Positions 41,301 through 54,204 of a DNA stretch of 64,000 bases are shown here, in pieces (the stretch's first letter is position 1; every line of letters begins with the position of its first letter). Origin of the DNA: Haplodiscus bocki (taxonomy: Eukaryota). Under the pieces are notes generated by a model that was not told the origin of the DNA, did not search any database, and worked only from the letters and a program-made list of their open reading frames with translations. The stretch covers positions 26,846,001 to 26,910,000 of the forward strand of contig OZ296654.1 in the NCBI GenBank assembly GCA_965655095.1, read 5' to 3'. The translations under genes and the position numbers were made by a program.

Positions 41301-42680
41301 AGAGTTTCTACAGTTTTGAAATCCTCCAGAAATCGAGTTTTCAATGTACGTTTTTTAAAAAGTGTTCAATTACGACTGGTATACGTATTGACGCTTCGGA
41401 AAAACTATTCATATTTGTGGTGACAGTTTTGTGAAAAATTTGCTCAATTGAAACTCAACTATCAAACCTCCCTGACTATTTAAACCTTAGTTTTTGAACT
41501 TTTCGGTCTCCGGGAGTAGTTGTTCGTCTAAAATAACAATTGTTTTACATGATATGAATGTCAAAGCAGCAAGAATCATTAGACTAGTACAATAAGTTAG
41601 TAACTTGTGTCAAAACGTCAAGTAAGGTGTGTTGATTTTTTCTGGCAGATCATTTAGCTATTGAGTAAACAACAAAGGACTGATTTTCGACCGTTATGGA
41701 AACCACCTAAACCCCCGGGCATACAGTGCAAGCCCAACCCGAGAAATTATCACCAACGTCTACAATGTGAAGCCGAATGAAGAGATAAGAACTGAACCAT
41801 TCAAGGGCAACACCTCTAATTCCGTATTGTTCTGATTTCACCACTAGTAGGGCGTGGTCTATTGTTTCACACACCTTCTTATCCCACGACACTGTAAACG
41901 AGGGAACAGCATTCAGCATACAAACGAGCTGAAATCTGAATTTTCCTGCACGAATCGGTAAATTTTCTTCACGTTTCCTAAACCTAGGTTTTTGCTACAG
42001 ATCATATAGGATTTAAGCCTAGCTCTTTTATGCAGATTACCAACTATTCGTTGCTTTTTTACCGATAAACTATACATTGTTCTTCATTATTTCTCTGCTT
42101 CTGATCCAACTTTGAACATTACGCTATGTGAGTTTTTTTTGTGTTCTGGTATTGCTAATTGGTCTAACTAAAAAAGGAGCAAACTTCCATTTGGTATGTC
42201 AAAACTAGTCTTTGCAACTTGTTTGTTATTTGGGGGGATTGCAGTCTGCCGAAATTTAATCTCGAGTAGAGACAGAAATTCGAGGGTTCCATATAGAACA
42301 AACAATTTAGACGACAGTTTGAAGACAGCCAACATTCAGTATTCGGATGAATTTTCAAATTCTTTAGACCCTTTTTTGATACACAGTAAGTACCTTATAT
42401 GTTTCAATAAAGAAGTTAACATTATCAGTTTTCTTTTCTGAACATACTTCTCGCAGAACTATTCTCTGCAGCTTTAATTTGGACACACTTTATTGTAGAA
42501 GTGTTTCTACAGTTTTGAAACCCTTCAGAAATCGAGTTTTCAATGTACGTTTTTTAAAAAGTGTTCGAATAAGACTGGTATACGTATTGACGCATTGGAA
42601 AAAATATTCATATTTGTGGCGACAGTTTTGTGAAAATTTTGCTCAATTGAAACTCAACTATCAAACCTCCCTGACTATTG
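32400..42680. repeat. Homogenised short-monomer subfamily B block
   Basis: Diagnostic strings aaaccac(g/c)taaaccccgggcatacagtg and caaaacgtcaagtaag. Identical 72-aa shadow ORFs occur at 33487, 36197, 37547 and 38897 (offsets 2710, 1350, 1350), with 1360-bp steps at 39604/40964 and 40347/41707. Confidence 0.85.
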
Positions 42681-45600
42681 AGACCTTAGTTTTTGAACTT
42701 TCTGGAACTCGGGAGCAGTTTTTCATCTAAACTAACATTTGTTTTAGATGATGCGATTGTGAAAGCACAAAGAATTCTTAAACTAGTAAAATAAGTTAGT
42801 AGCATGTGAAAAATTTCAAAAATGAAGCGTTGACTTTTGTTTGGCAGATCATTAGTGTATAGAGTGGACAACGAAGGACTATGTTTTGACCGTTGTGCCC
42901 CCCCCCCACGTACAGTAGCAGCCCAACAGGAAAATGTATCCCCAAATTTCACACTGTGAAACCGGTTGAAAAGATGTGATTGGATACACTCAAGGGCAGC
43001 ACCTCTACAGCCGTATTGTTCTGATTTCATCAGTGGTAGGTCGTGGTTTATTGTTTCACACACCTTCTTATCCCATGACAATGTAAACGAGGGCTACAAC
43101 ATTCAGCATACAAACGACCTGAACTTTGAAGTTTTCTCCACGATGCCTTGGGTTTTTCTCACATTTGCTAGGCTTCTGCTTTCTTACAGATCATATACCT
43201 TTTGAGCCTGGCTCTTCTATGCAGATTACCAACTATACGTTGTTTGTTATACCGTTTTAATATACATTGTACTCATTTATTGCTTTGATCCTGACCATTA
43301 CAATATCCTTATGAATAAAATATATAAGCAATGCACCAAATTGGGCCCTCCGAAGCCTAAGGGGCCTGTCCATGAGCGCCCTAAAAACAACAACAATGGT
43401 TGGAGTTCTGGCTTGCAAATATTTTCACCGATAACAGAGTTGTTTATAGTTTTTCTGACTAAAGTTTGATCTCCACGCTCTGTTAGCTATATGTTCTTTT
43501 CTGTATTGCGCATTGGTCTAAAAATAGGAATAAAAGTACCGCCTGGTATGTCACGAATCTTCTCTGCAATTTATTTGTTGTTTGAAGGGCTTCCAGTCTG
43601 GCTCAAACTATATCCCGAGTAGAAATAGAGAGATTAGACGATTAAATAAGGAACAAACTATTTAGCGGACAATTTGAAGACAGCTCGCAATCAGATTTTG
43701 GAAGCAATTTCAAAAACTCTTCAGGCGTTTTTTTCTACACAGTAAGTACAAAATATGCTCCAAAAAAGAAGTTACAAATGTCAGTTTTCTCTTCGTAACA
43801 AACATTTTGAAGAAATTTTGTTTGCAGAATGAAAATTGGACACAGCTTTTTGTAGGAAGTGTTTCCATAGAATGAAATTCCTTCAGACATAAAAGATCTA
43901 TGTATGTTCCATAGTAAGTAATTAGAAACGCACGGTATGCATTTTGACGCTGCGGGAAAACTGCATATTTTTGCGGCGACAGCTTTGTGACGAGTTCGCT
44001 GAAATGAAAAACTGTTTTCGAAACTCTATCATATATCAAACTAAAATGTTGATCCTTTCGGATTCCGAGAGTTGTTTTTTGTCTAAATTAACATTAGTTT
44101 TAAAAGTTGTGAATGTGACTAACTGTGTCTTGGAAGAGTTGAAACACTTTTTACGTTTACAGCATACCACGATCTGTAATTGTAGAGGTGATTCCATGGT
44201 TTTACATGTTCCAAATCCGTTCCAAATCCGTCAGATATGGAGAGCTCTATGTACGTTTTATAGTAAGTAATCCAAAAAGCAAGGTATAAATATTGATGCA
44301 ATGGGAAAAGTGTATATATTTGTGGCGACAGTTTTTTGAAAAGTTTGCCATTATGAAGATCAAATTTCAAAACTCAGTCACAATTCAAACCATAATTTTT
44401 GATTTTTTTGCATCCCGGGAGTAGTTTTTCCTGTAGAAAACTTCTCTTCCACATGATTAGCGTTTTACTAAATGTGTCTTGGAGGAGTTGAAACGCATTT
44501 TTGTTCTCAGCTTACCAGGAAATAATTTCAGTAAATTCTTCATCCATAAAGCAGAATGATTTATTGGACTCGTACGATAAATTAGTAAATTGTACAAAAA
44601 GTCAGGTATGAGATTTTGACCTTTGTTTGGCAGATCATTATTGTATTGATAAAACAACAAAAAACCAAGTAATTACCCTCATGGAATCCCGCATGCAACA
44701 GCTTCCAAACTAAAAAATGCATCTCCAATTTTTACATTGTAATACTGGCTGGAAATATGTGAGCGGAACCACAGAAGGGCAGCAACTGTAATGCCCTAAT
44801 GTTCTGATTTCATCAGTAATTGGACGTGGTCTACTGATTCACATAACTTACCAATCAATGACACTTTGAACGAGGCGTACAGCATGCAGCATACAAGAGA
44901 CCTGAACATTGAAGTTTTCTCCACGATGCTGTAGGTTTTTCTCACATTTCCTAAACTTCTGCCTTTTCACAGATCATATATATTTTGAGCCCAACTCGTC
45001 TGTGCAGATCACAAGTTTACGTTGTTTGTGATACCGATAGACTATATTTTCTGCTTTATTATTTCTCTGATCCAAGCATATCCAAGATCATTATGACTAA
45101 TTTACGTAAGCATAGCGACAAAGAGGACCCTCCAAAGCCTAAGTGGCCTGTCCATGAGCGCCCTGAAAACGAAAAAAGTTGTTCAAATTTTTTCTCAAAA
45201 AGGTTTCTACCGAGATAACACAGCTCCTCGGAGTTTTCCTGATCAAAGTTCGGACATTGCGCTATGTGAGTTTTTGTTGTTCTCTGGTATTCAACATTGG
45301 TCTTTTAAGAAAATGGAACAAAATGCTCCCTGAAATGTCAAGAATATCCTCTGCAATCTTTTTGGTTTTTGAATGGCTTCCAGTTTGCCTCATATTTTAC
45401 CCCATGTGGACATAGAGATTTGAAGGTTCAATAATGAAAAAACTTTTTATGCGACAGTTTGAAGACAGCTCACAATCAGAATAGGGAATAATTTTCAAAA
45501 CTCCTCAGACCCCATTTTCATACGCAGTAAATACATAAAAAGCTGGGAAAATGAAGTTAACATTAAGAGTTTTCTTTTCGGAACAAAATTCTCGCAGAAC

Positions 45601-48600
45601 TGTTTTCTGGACTTTGAAATTGGATAGAGTTTATTGTAGAAGTGTTTCCACATTTTAAAAATCCGTAAGAAGTAGAGTTTTTAGTGTACTTTCTCTACTA
45701 AGTAATTAAATACGACCGGTATACGTATTGACGCTTTGGGAAAACTGCTCATATTTATGGCAACAGTTTTGTTAAACTATTGCTCAATTGAAAAACAATT
45801 TTCAAACCTCCATCACCTTTTAAACCTTAGCTTTTGATTTTTTTTTGAACCCGGGAGTAGTTTTTTGTCTAAAACAACAATTGTTTTACCTGATATAGTT
45901 AAAAAGGCACAAAGAGTCTTGTACAATAAGTTAGTACCAAGTGCAAAAACGTCAAGTAAGATGTGCTGAGTGTTTTTGGCAGATCATTAAGCTTTTGATT
46001 AAACAACAAAGGACTGATTTTCGACCATTAGGGAAAGCGCCCTAATCCCCGCGCATACAGTGGAAGCTCAACACGAGAACAATATTCTCGCAGAATCTTT
46101 CTCTGCATTTTGGAATTTGGATACATTTTATGGTGGAGTTGCATCCATAAATTTAAAATACGTCAGATGTAGAGATCTCAATGTATGTTTTGTAGTAAGT
46201 ATTTGAGAACGACCGGTATACGTTTTGACGCATTGGAAAAACTGCTCAAATTTTTTGCGACAGTTCTATGAAAGTTTGATTCAGTTGAAAATCAACTTTC
46301 AAACCTCTATCTCTATTCAGACCTTAGTTTTTGAACTTTCTGGAACCCGGGAGTAGTTTTTCATCCTAACCAACATTTGTTTTACATGATGTGAATGTGA
46401 AAGCACAAAGACTTATTAAACTAGTAAAATAAGTTAGTAGCATGTGAAAAATTTCAAAAATGATGCGTTGACTTTTGTTTGGCAGATCATTAGTGTATAA
46501 AATGGACAACAAAGGACTAGGTTTTGATCGTTGTGCCCCCCCCGCCGCGTACAAAAGCAGCCCAACAGGAAAATGTATCCGCAAATTTTACACTGTGAAA
46601 CCGGTTGAAAAGATGTGATTGGATACACTCAAGGGCAGCACCTCTAAAGCCGTATTGTTCTGATTTCATCAGTGGTAGGTCGTTGTCTATTGATTCACAC
46701 ACCTTCTTATCCCATGACAATGTTCAACATTCAGCATAAAAACGACCTGAACTTTGAAGTTTTCTCCACGATGCCTTGGGTTCTTCTCAAATTTGCTAGG
46801 CTTCTGCTTTCTTACAGATCATATACCTTTTGAGCTTGGCTCTTCTATGCAGATTACCAACTATACGTTGTTTGTTATACCGTTATAATATACATTTTAC
46901 GTCATTTTTGTTTGATCCTGACCAATACAAGATCCTTATGATTAAAATATATAAGCAATGCACCAAATTGGCCACTCCGAAGCCTAAGGGGCCTGTCCAT
47001 GAGCGCCCTAAAAACAACAACTATGGTTGGAATTCTGGCTTGAAAATATTTTCACCGATAACAGAGTTGTTTATAGTTTTTCTGACTAAAGTTTGAACTC
47101 CACGCTCTGTTAGCTATATGTTCTTTTCTGTATTGCGCATTGGTCTAAAAATAGGAATAAAAGTACTCCCTGGTATGTCACGAATCTTCTCTGCAATTTA
47201 TTTGTTGTTTGAAGGGCTTCCAGTCTGGCTCAAACTGTATCCCGAGTAGAAATAGAGAGAATAACGGTTAAATAAGGAACAAACTATTTAGAGGACAGTT
47301 TGAAGACAGCTCACAATCAGATTTTGGAATCAATTTCAAAAACTTTTCAGGCGTTTCTTTTCTACACAGTAAGTACAAAATATGCTTCAAAAAAGAAGTT
47401 ACAAATGTCAGTTTTCTGTTCGTAACAAACTTTTTGCAGAATGTTTGTCTGCAGAATGAAAATTGGACACAGCTTTTTGTAGGAAGTGTTTCCATAGAAT
47501 GAAATTCCTTCAGACATAAAAGATCTATGTATGTTCTATAGTAAGTATTTAGAAACGCACGGTATACATTTTGACGCAGCGGGAAAACTGCATATTTTTG
47601 CGGCGACAGCTTTGTGACGAGTTCGCTGAAATGAAAAACTGTTTTCGGAACTCTGTCATTTATCAAACTAAAATGTTGATCCTTTTGGATTCCGAGAGTA
47701 GATTTTTGTCTAAATCAACAATAGTTTTACAAGTTTTGAATGTGACTAACTGTGTCTTGGAAGAGTTGAAACACATTTTACGTTTACAGCATACCACGAT
47801 CTGTAATTGTAGAGGTGTTTCCATGGTTTTATATGTTCCAAATCCGTTCCAAATCCGTCAGTTATGGAGAGTCCTATGTACGCTTTATAGTAAGTAATTC
47901 AAAAAGCAAGGTATAAATATTGAGGCAATGGGAAAAGTGTATATATTTGTGGCGACAGTTTATTGAAAAGTTTGCCATTACTAAGATCAAATTTCAAGAC
48001 TCAGTCACAATTCAAACCATAATTTTTGATTTTTTTGCATCCCGGGAGTAGTTTTTCCTGTAGAAAACTTCTCTTCCACATGATTAGCGTTTTACTAAAT
48101 GTGTCTTGAAGGAGTTGAAACGCATTTTTGTTCTCAGCCTACCAGGAAATAATTTCAGTAAATTCTTCATCCATAAAGCAGAATGATTTATTGGACTCGT
48201 ACGATAAATTAGTAAATTGTACAAAAAGTCAGGTATGAGATTTTGACCTTTGTTTGGCAGATCATTATTGTATTGATAAAACAACAAAAAACCAAGTAAT
48301 TACCCTCATGGAATCCCGCATGCAACAGCTTCCAAACTAAAAAATGCATCTCCAATTTTTACATTGTAATACTGGCTGGAAATATGTGAGCGGAACCACA
48401 GAAGGGCAGCAACTGTAATGCCCTAATGTTCTGATTTCATCAGTAATTGGACGTGGTCTACTGATTCACATAACTTACCAATCAATGACACTTTGAACGA
48501 GGCGTACAGCATGCAGCATACAAGAGACCTGAACATTGAAGTTTTCTCCACGATGCTGTAGGTTTTTCTCACATTTCCTAAACTTCTGCCTTTTCACAGA

Positions 48601-50060
48601 TCATATATATTTTGAGCCCAACTCGTCTGTGCAGATCACAAGTTTACGTTGTTTGTGATACCGATAGACTATATTTTCTGCTTTATTATTTCTCTGATCC
48701 AAGCATATACAAGATCATTATGACTAATTTACGTAAGCATAGCGACAAAGAGGACCCTCCAAAGCCTAAGTGGCCTGTCCATGAGCGCCCTGAAAACGAA
48801 AAAAGTTGTTCAAATTTTTTCTCAAAAAGGTTTCTACCGAGATAACACAGCTCCTCGGAGTTTTCCTGATCAAAGTTCGGACATTGCGCTATGTGAGTTT
48901 TTGTTGTTCTCTGGTATTCAATATTGGTCTTTTAAGAAAATGGAACAAAATGCTCCCTGAAATGTCAAGAATATCCTCTGCAATCTTTTTGGTTTTTGAA
49001 TGGCTTCCAGTTTGCCTCATATTTTACCCCATGTGGACATAGAGATTTGAAGGTTCAATAATGAAAAAACTTTTTATGCGACAGTTTGAAGACAGCTCAC
49101 AATCAGAATAGGGAATAATTTTCAAAACTCCTCAGACCCCATTTTCATACGCAGTAAATACATAAAAAGCTGGGAAAATGAAGTTAACATTAAGAGTTTT
49201 CTTTTCGGAACAAAATTCTCGCAGAACTGTTTTCTGGACTTTGAAATTGGATAGAGTTTATTGTAGAAGTGTTTCCACATTTTAAAAATCCGTAAGAAGT
49301 AGAGTTTTTAGTGTACTTTCTCTACTAAGTAATTAAATACGACCGGTATACGTATTGACGCTTTGGGAAAACTGCTCATATTTATGGCAACAGTTTTGTT
49401 AAACTATTGCTCAATTGAAAAACAATTTTCAAACCTCCATCACCTTTTAAACCTTAGCTTTTGATTTTTTTTTGAACCCGGGAGTAGTTTTTTGTCTAAA
49501 ACAACAATTGTTTTACCTGATATAGTTAAAAAGGCACAAAGAGTCTTGTACAATAAGTTAGTACCAAGTGCAAAAACGTCAAGTAAGATGTGCTGAGTGT
49601 TTTTGGCAGATCATTAAGCTTTTGATTAAACAACAAAGGACTGATTTTCGACCATTAGGGAAAGCGCCCTAATCCCCGCGCATACAGTGGAAGCTCAACA
49701 CGAGAACAATATTCTCGCAGAATCTTTCTCTGCATTTTGGAATTTGGATACATTTTATGGTGGAGTTGCATCCATAATTTTAAAATACGTCAGATGTAGA
49801 GATCTCAATGTATGTTTTGTAGTAAGTATTTGAGAACGACCGGTATACGTTTTGACGCATTGGAAAAACTGCTCAAATTTTTTGCGACAGTTCTATGAAA
49901 GTTTGATTCAGTTGAAAATCAACTTTCAAACCTCTATCTCTATTCAGACCTTAGTTTTTGAACTTTCTGGAACCCGGGAGTAGTTTTTCATCCTAACCAA
50001 CATTTGTTTTACATGATGTGAATGTGAAAGCACAAAGAATTATTAAACTAGTAAAATAAA
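42680..50060. repeat. Tandem 3,627-bp higher-order repeat (two copies plus a short partial third)
   Basis: Shadow ORF pairs 43944/47571, 44457/48084, 44985/48612 and 45179/48806 are all offset by exactly 3627. tcagaccttagtttttgaactttctggaacccggg occurs at 46317 and 49944. Confidence 0.9.
42686..43081 (-). pseudogene. RT-derived monomer segment
   Basis: WDKKVCETINHDLPLMKSEQYGCRGAALECIQSHLFNRF...VRGGGAQRSKHSPSLSTLYTNDLP. Confidence 0.82.
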
Positions 50061-53000
50061 TCCTCACAATTCCTAAATTTGTGTTTTCCTACAGATCATA
50101 TAAGATTTTAGCCTAGCTCTTTTATGCAGATTACCAACTATACGTTGCTTTTTATACCAATAGACTGTACATTGTTCTTCATTATTTCTCTGGTCCTTAC
50201 AAATCCAAGATCCTTATCATTCATATACGTGAGCAAAGCATCAAAGTGGACATTCCAAAGCCTAAACGGCTTATACATGGGCGCACTAAAAAGCAAAAAA
50301 AATTACAAGTTTTGTACCAAAATGCTTTTACCGATAACACATTTCCCCACTATTGTTCTGATCCAACTTTGAGCATTACGCTAGGTGAGTTTTTTTGTGA
50401 GCTGGTATCGCTATTTGGTCTAACTAAAAAAGGAACAATTTTCCATTAGTTATGTCAAAACTAGTCTTTGCAACTTGTTTGTTATTTGGGGGGATTGCAG
50501 TCTGCTGGAAGTTAATCTCGAGTAGAGAGAGAAAATTGAGGCTTCCATATCGAACAAGCTATTTAGACGACAGTTTGAAAACAGCAAACATTCAGTTTTC
50601 GGATGACTTTTCAAAAGTTTTTAGACCCTTTTTTGGTACACAATAAGGACATTATATGTTTCAATAAAGAAGTTAACATTACCAGTTTTCTTTTCGGAAC
50701 ATACTTCTCGCAGAACTATTTCCTGCAGTTTCAAACGGGATACAGTTTTGTGTAGAAGTGTTTCCACAGTTTTGAAATCCGTCAGAAATAAAAATTTCAA
50801 TGTACGTTTTAAAGTAAGTTTTTGCAAACGCTCGGTATACATTTTGGCGCATTGGGTAAAGTGCATTTGTTGGTGGCGACAGTTTTGTGAAACTTTTGCT
50901 ATTTTGAGAATCAACATACAAACCTCTATCACTATTCAAACCTTGATTTTTGAACTGTTTTGAAACCGGGAGTAGTTTCCTGTCTGGAACAACATTTGTT
51001 TCACATCATTCTAAGATGAAAAAGCAAAGTATTATTACATTCGTACAATATGTTAGTACTTTGTGCAAAAATGTCTGGTATGATGTGTTGACTTTTGTTT
51101 GGCCGATCATTAGGTTACAGAATAAACAAAATGTACTAGGCTTTGACCCTTGTGGAACCCGTTCCCCGCATACAATAGCAGCCCAACAAGAGAATCTATC
51201 CCCATTTTCTCACTGTGAAAACGGCTGAAATGATGTGAGCGGAACCACTAAAGGGCAACATTTTTTTTGCCGTATTGGTCTGATTTCATCAGTAGTTGGT
51301 CGTGGTCTATCGTTTCACACACCTTCTTATCCCATGACACTGTAAATGATGGGTACAGCATTCAGCGTAAAAACGACCTCAACTCCTCGATTTCCTAGGT
51401 TTTTCTCATATTTCCTAGACTTCTGCTTTCTTACAGATTTCCTAACTTTTGAACCTAGCTCTTCTATGCAGATTTTTAACTAAACATTGCTGTTATATCC
51501 ATGTACTATATTTCTTGATTTCCTTGATCCTCAAATGTCAAGATCCTCATGGTTAATATACGTAAGAAAAGCATCAAATTGGACCCTCCAAAACTGAGCC
51601 GCCTGTCCATGAGCGCCGTAAAGACAACAACAATTGTTGGGGTTCTGGCTTGAAAATGTTTCTTTTTCGATTACAGAGTTGTCCAGAGTTTTTCTCACCA
51701 AAATTTGAACTCCACGCTCCGTTAGCTATAAGTTTTTTTGTGGTATTGCGCATTGGTCTGTAAAAAATAATATTTCTCCCTAGTAAGTCACGATTTTTCT
51801 CCGCAAACTGTTTGTAATTTGAACGGCTTCCTGTCTGGCTGAAACTAAATCCCAAGTAGAAATAGAGATATTTGAAGGTTCAATAGTGAACAGACTATTT
51901 AGAGGACAATTTGAATACAGCCCACAATCAGTTTCCGGAATAAATGTCAAAACTCCTCAGACGTTATTTTCATACACAGTGAGTACAAAACATGCTGGAA
52001 AAAAGAAGTTAACATTATCAGGGTTCTCTTCGGAACAAACTTTTGGCAAAATGTTTGTCTGTAGATTCAAAATTGGATACAGCTTTCGTAGGAAGTGTTT
52101 CCATAGATTGAAAATCCTTCTGATTTAAAAGTTCTATGTACGTTTTAAATTAAGTAATTAGAAATGCACGGTATACATATTGCAGCAGTGGGATAACTGC
52201 ATTTTTTTGCGCCGATAGTTTTGTGACAAATTCGCTGAAATGAAAATCTGATTTCGAAACTCTGTCATTTATCAAACTATAATGTTGACCTTTTTGGATC
52301 CCGAGAGTTGTTTTTTGTCTAAATCTACGTTAGTTTTTGAAGATTTGAATGTGAATAACTGTTTCTTGAAACATTTTTTATGTTTACATCAAACCACGTG
52401 CTAATTTCAGTAAGTTCCTCATCCAGAGAGCAGAGAAATTTTTAGGACTCGTACAGTAAGGAAGTATCATGTGCAAAAAAGTCAGGTATAAGGTCTTGAC
52501 TTTTGGTTGGAGGACCATTATTGTAACGAATTCACAAAAAAGAAATAGGTACCGACCCTTGAGGAACACTGCATTCAATAGCAGCCCAACAAGAGAATGT
52601 GTCCCCAATTTTCACACTGTGAGACAGGTTGAAGAGATGTGAGCGGAAACACTCAAGTTCAACACCTCTAATGCCGTGTTGTTAGGATTTCATCAGTAGT
52701 AAGTCGTGGTCTGTTGTTTCACACACCTTCTTATCCCATGACAGTGTGAAGGAGGGGTACAGCATTCAGCATGCGGACAACCTGAACATTGAAAAATTCT
52801 CCACGATGCTTTAAGTTTTTCTCACATTTCTTAGACTTATGCTTTCTCACAAATTGAATAAATTTTGAGCTTTGCTTGTCTATGCAGATCTCCAAAATTT
52901 CGTTGTTTGTTATACCAATATACTATATTTTTTACTTCAAAATTTCCTTTATCTACACAGATCAAAAATCTTCTTGGCTAATAGACGTTAGGAAAGCATC

Positions 53001-53695
53001 AAGGTGGGCCCTCCAATGTCTAAGCTGCCTGTCCATGGGCGCGCTGAAAACAAAAACACTAGTTCAAATATTTTCTTGGAAAGGTTCTTTTGGATAACAT
53101 TGTTTTTCATAGTTTTTCTGACTAAAGTTTGAACATAACGCTCTGTGTGTTTTTTGTTGCGTTTTGGTATTGCGCATTGGTGTATTGAAAAAATGAATAA
53201 AAGTATTCCTTGGTATGTCACAAATATTTTCTGCCACCTATTTGTTATTTGAAGGGCTTGCAGTTTGGCTGAATTTTTACCCCGAGCAGAAGTAGAGAGA
53301 TTTGAAGCTTCAATATTGAACAAATTATCTACACGTTATTTTGAAAACAGATCACAATCAGTTTTCAGAAAAAAAACTCAAAAATCCTCAGATGTTTTTT
53401 TCATACAGAAAATTCACTATATGATGCAAAAAAGTAAATATTAATATCAGTTTTCTTTTCGGAACAAACTTTTAGCAACAGGTTTATCTGCAGATTAAAA
53501 GTTGATTACAATTTATCGCAGTGAGTGTATCTATGTTTTAAAAATCCGTCAGATATAGAGAGTTCTATGTACTTTTTATAGTAAGTAAATGAAAAAGCGC
53601 GGTGTGAATAATGATGCAATGGGAAAAGTGCATATATTTGTGGCGACAGTTTACTGAAAACTCCGCGAATATGAAGATCAAGTTTCAAAACTCAG

Positions 53696-54204
53696 TCACA
53701 ATTCAAACCATAATTTTTGACTTTTTTGCATCCTGGGAGTAGTTTTTCCTGTATAACGACTTCTCTTCCACTCAATTACAGTTTTACTAACTGTGTCTTC
53801 GAAGAGTTCAAACGCGGTTTTGTTTTCAGAAAACCAGGAAAAGCTTTCAGTAAGTTCTTCATGCATCAAGCAGAATGATTTAATGGACTCGTACAATAAA
53901 TCAGCGAAATGTACAAAAACTCAGGTATGAGACTTTGACTTTTGCTTCGCAGATCATTATTGTATAGATAAAACAACAAAAGACCAAGTATTTACCCTCA
54001 TGGAACCCCGCATGCAACATCTTCCAAGCAAAAAAATGCATCTCCAACTTTTACATTGTAATACTGGCTGGAAATATGTGAGCGGAACCAGTCAAGCGCA
54101 GCAACTCTAATGCCGTACTGTTCTGATTTCATCAGTAATTGGACGTGCTCTACTGATTCACATACCTTACCATTCAATGACAATTTGAAATAGGGGTACA
54201 GCAT
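53696..54204 (-). pseudogene. RT-derived segment of the terminal long-form monomer
   Basis: QLLMKSEQYGIRVAALDWFRSHISS..VKVGD....VACGVP* followed by LMHEELTESFSWFSENK, equivalent to the canonical LN.EL..I..W...NK that follows the xADD motif. Confidence 0.85.

Noticed and set aside
69-54204. The many 60-140 aa ORFs recurring in the array as a tandem multigene family
   Set aside because: They are sense or antisense shadows of the degenerate RT monomer. Stops and frameshifts differ between copies, many begin at non-ATG codons, and none spans a monomer.
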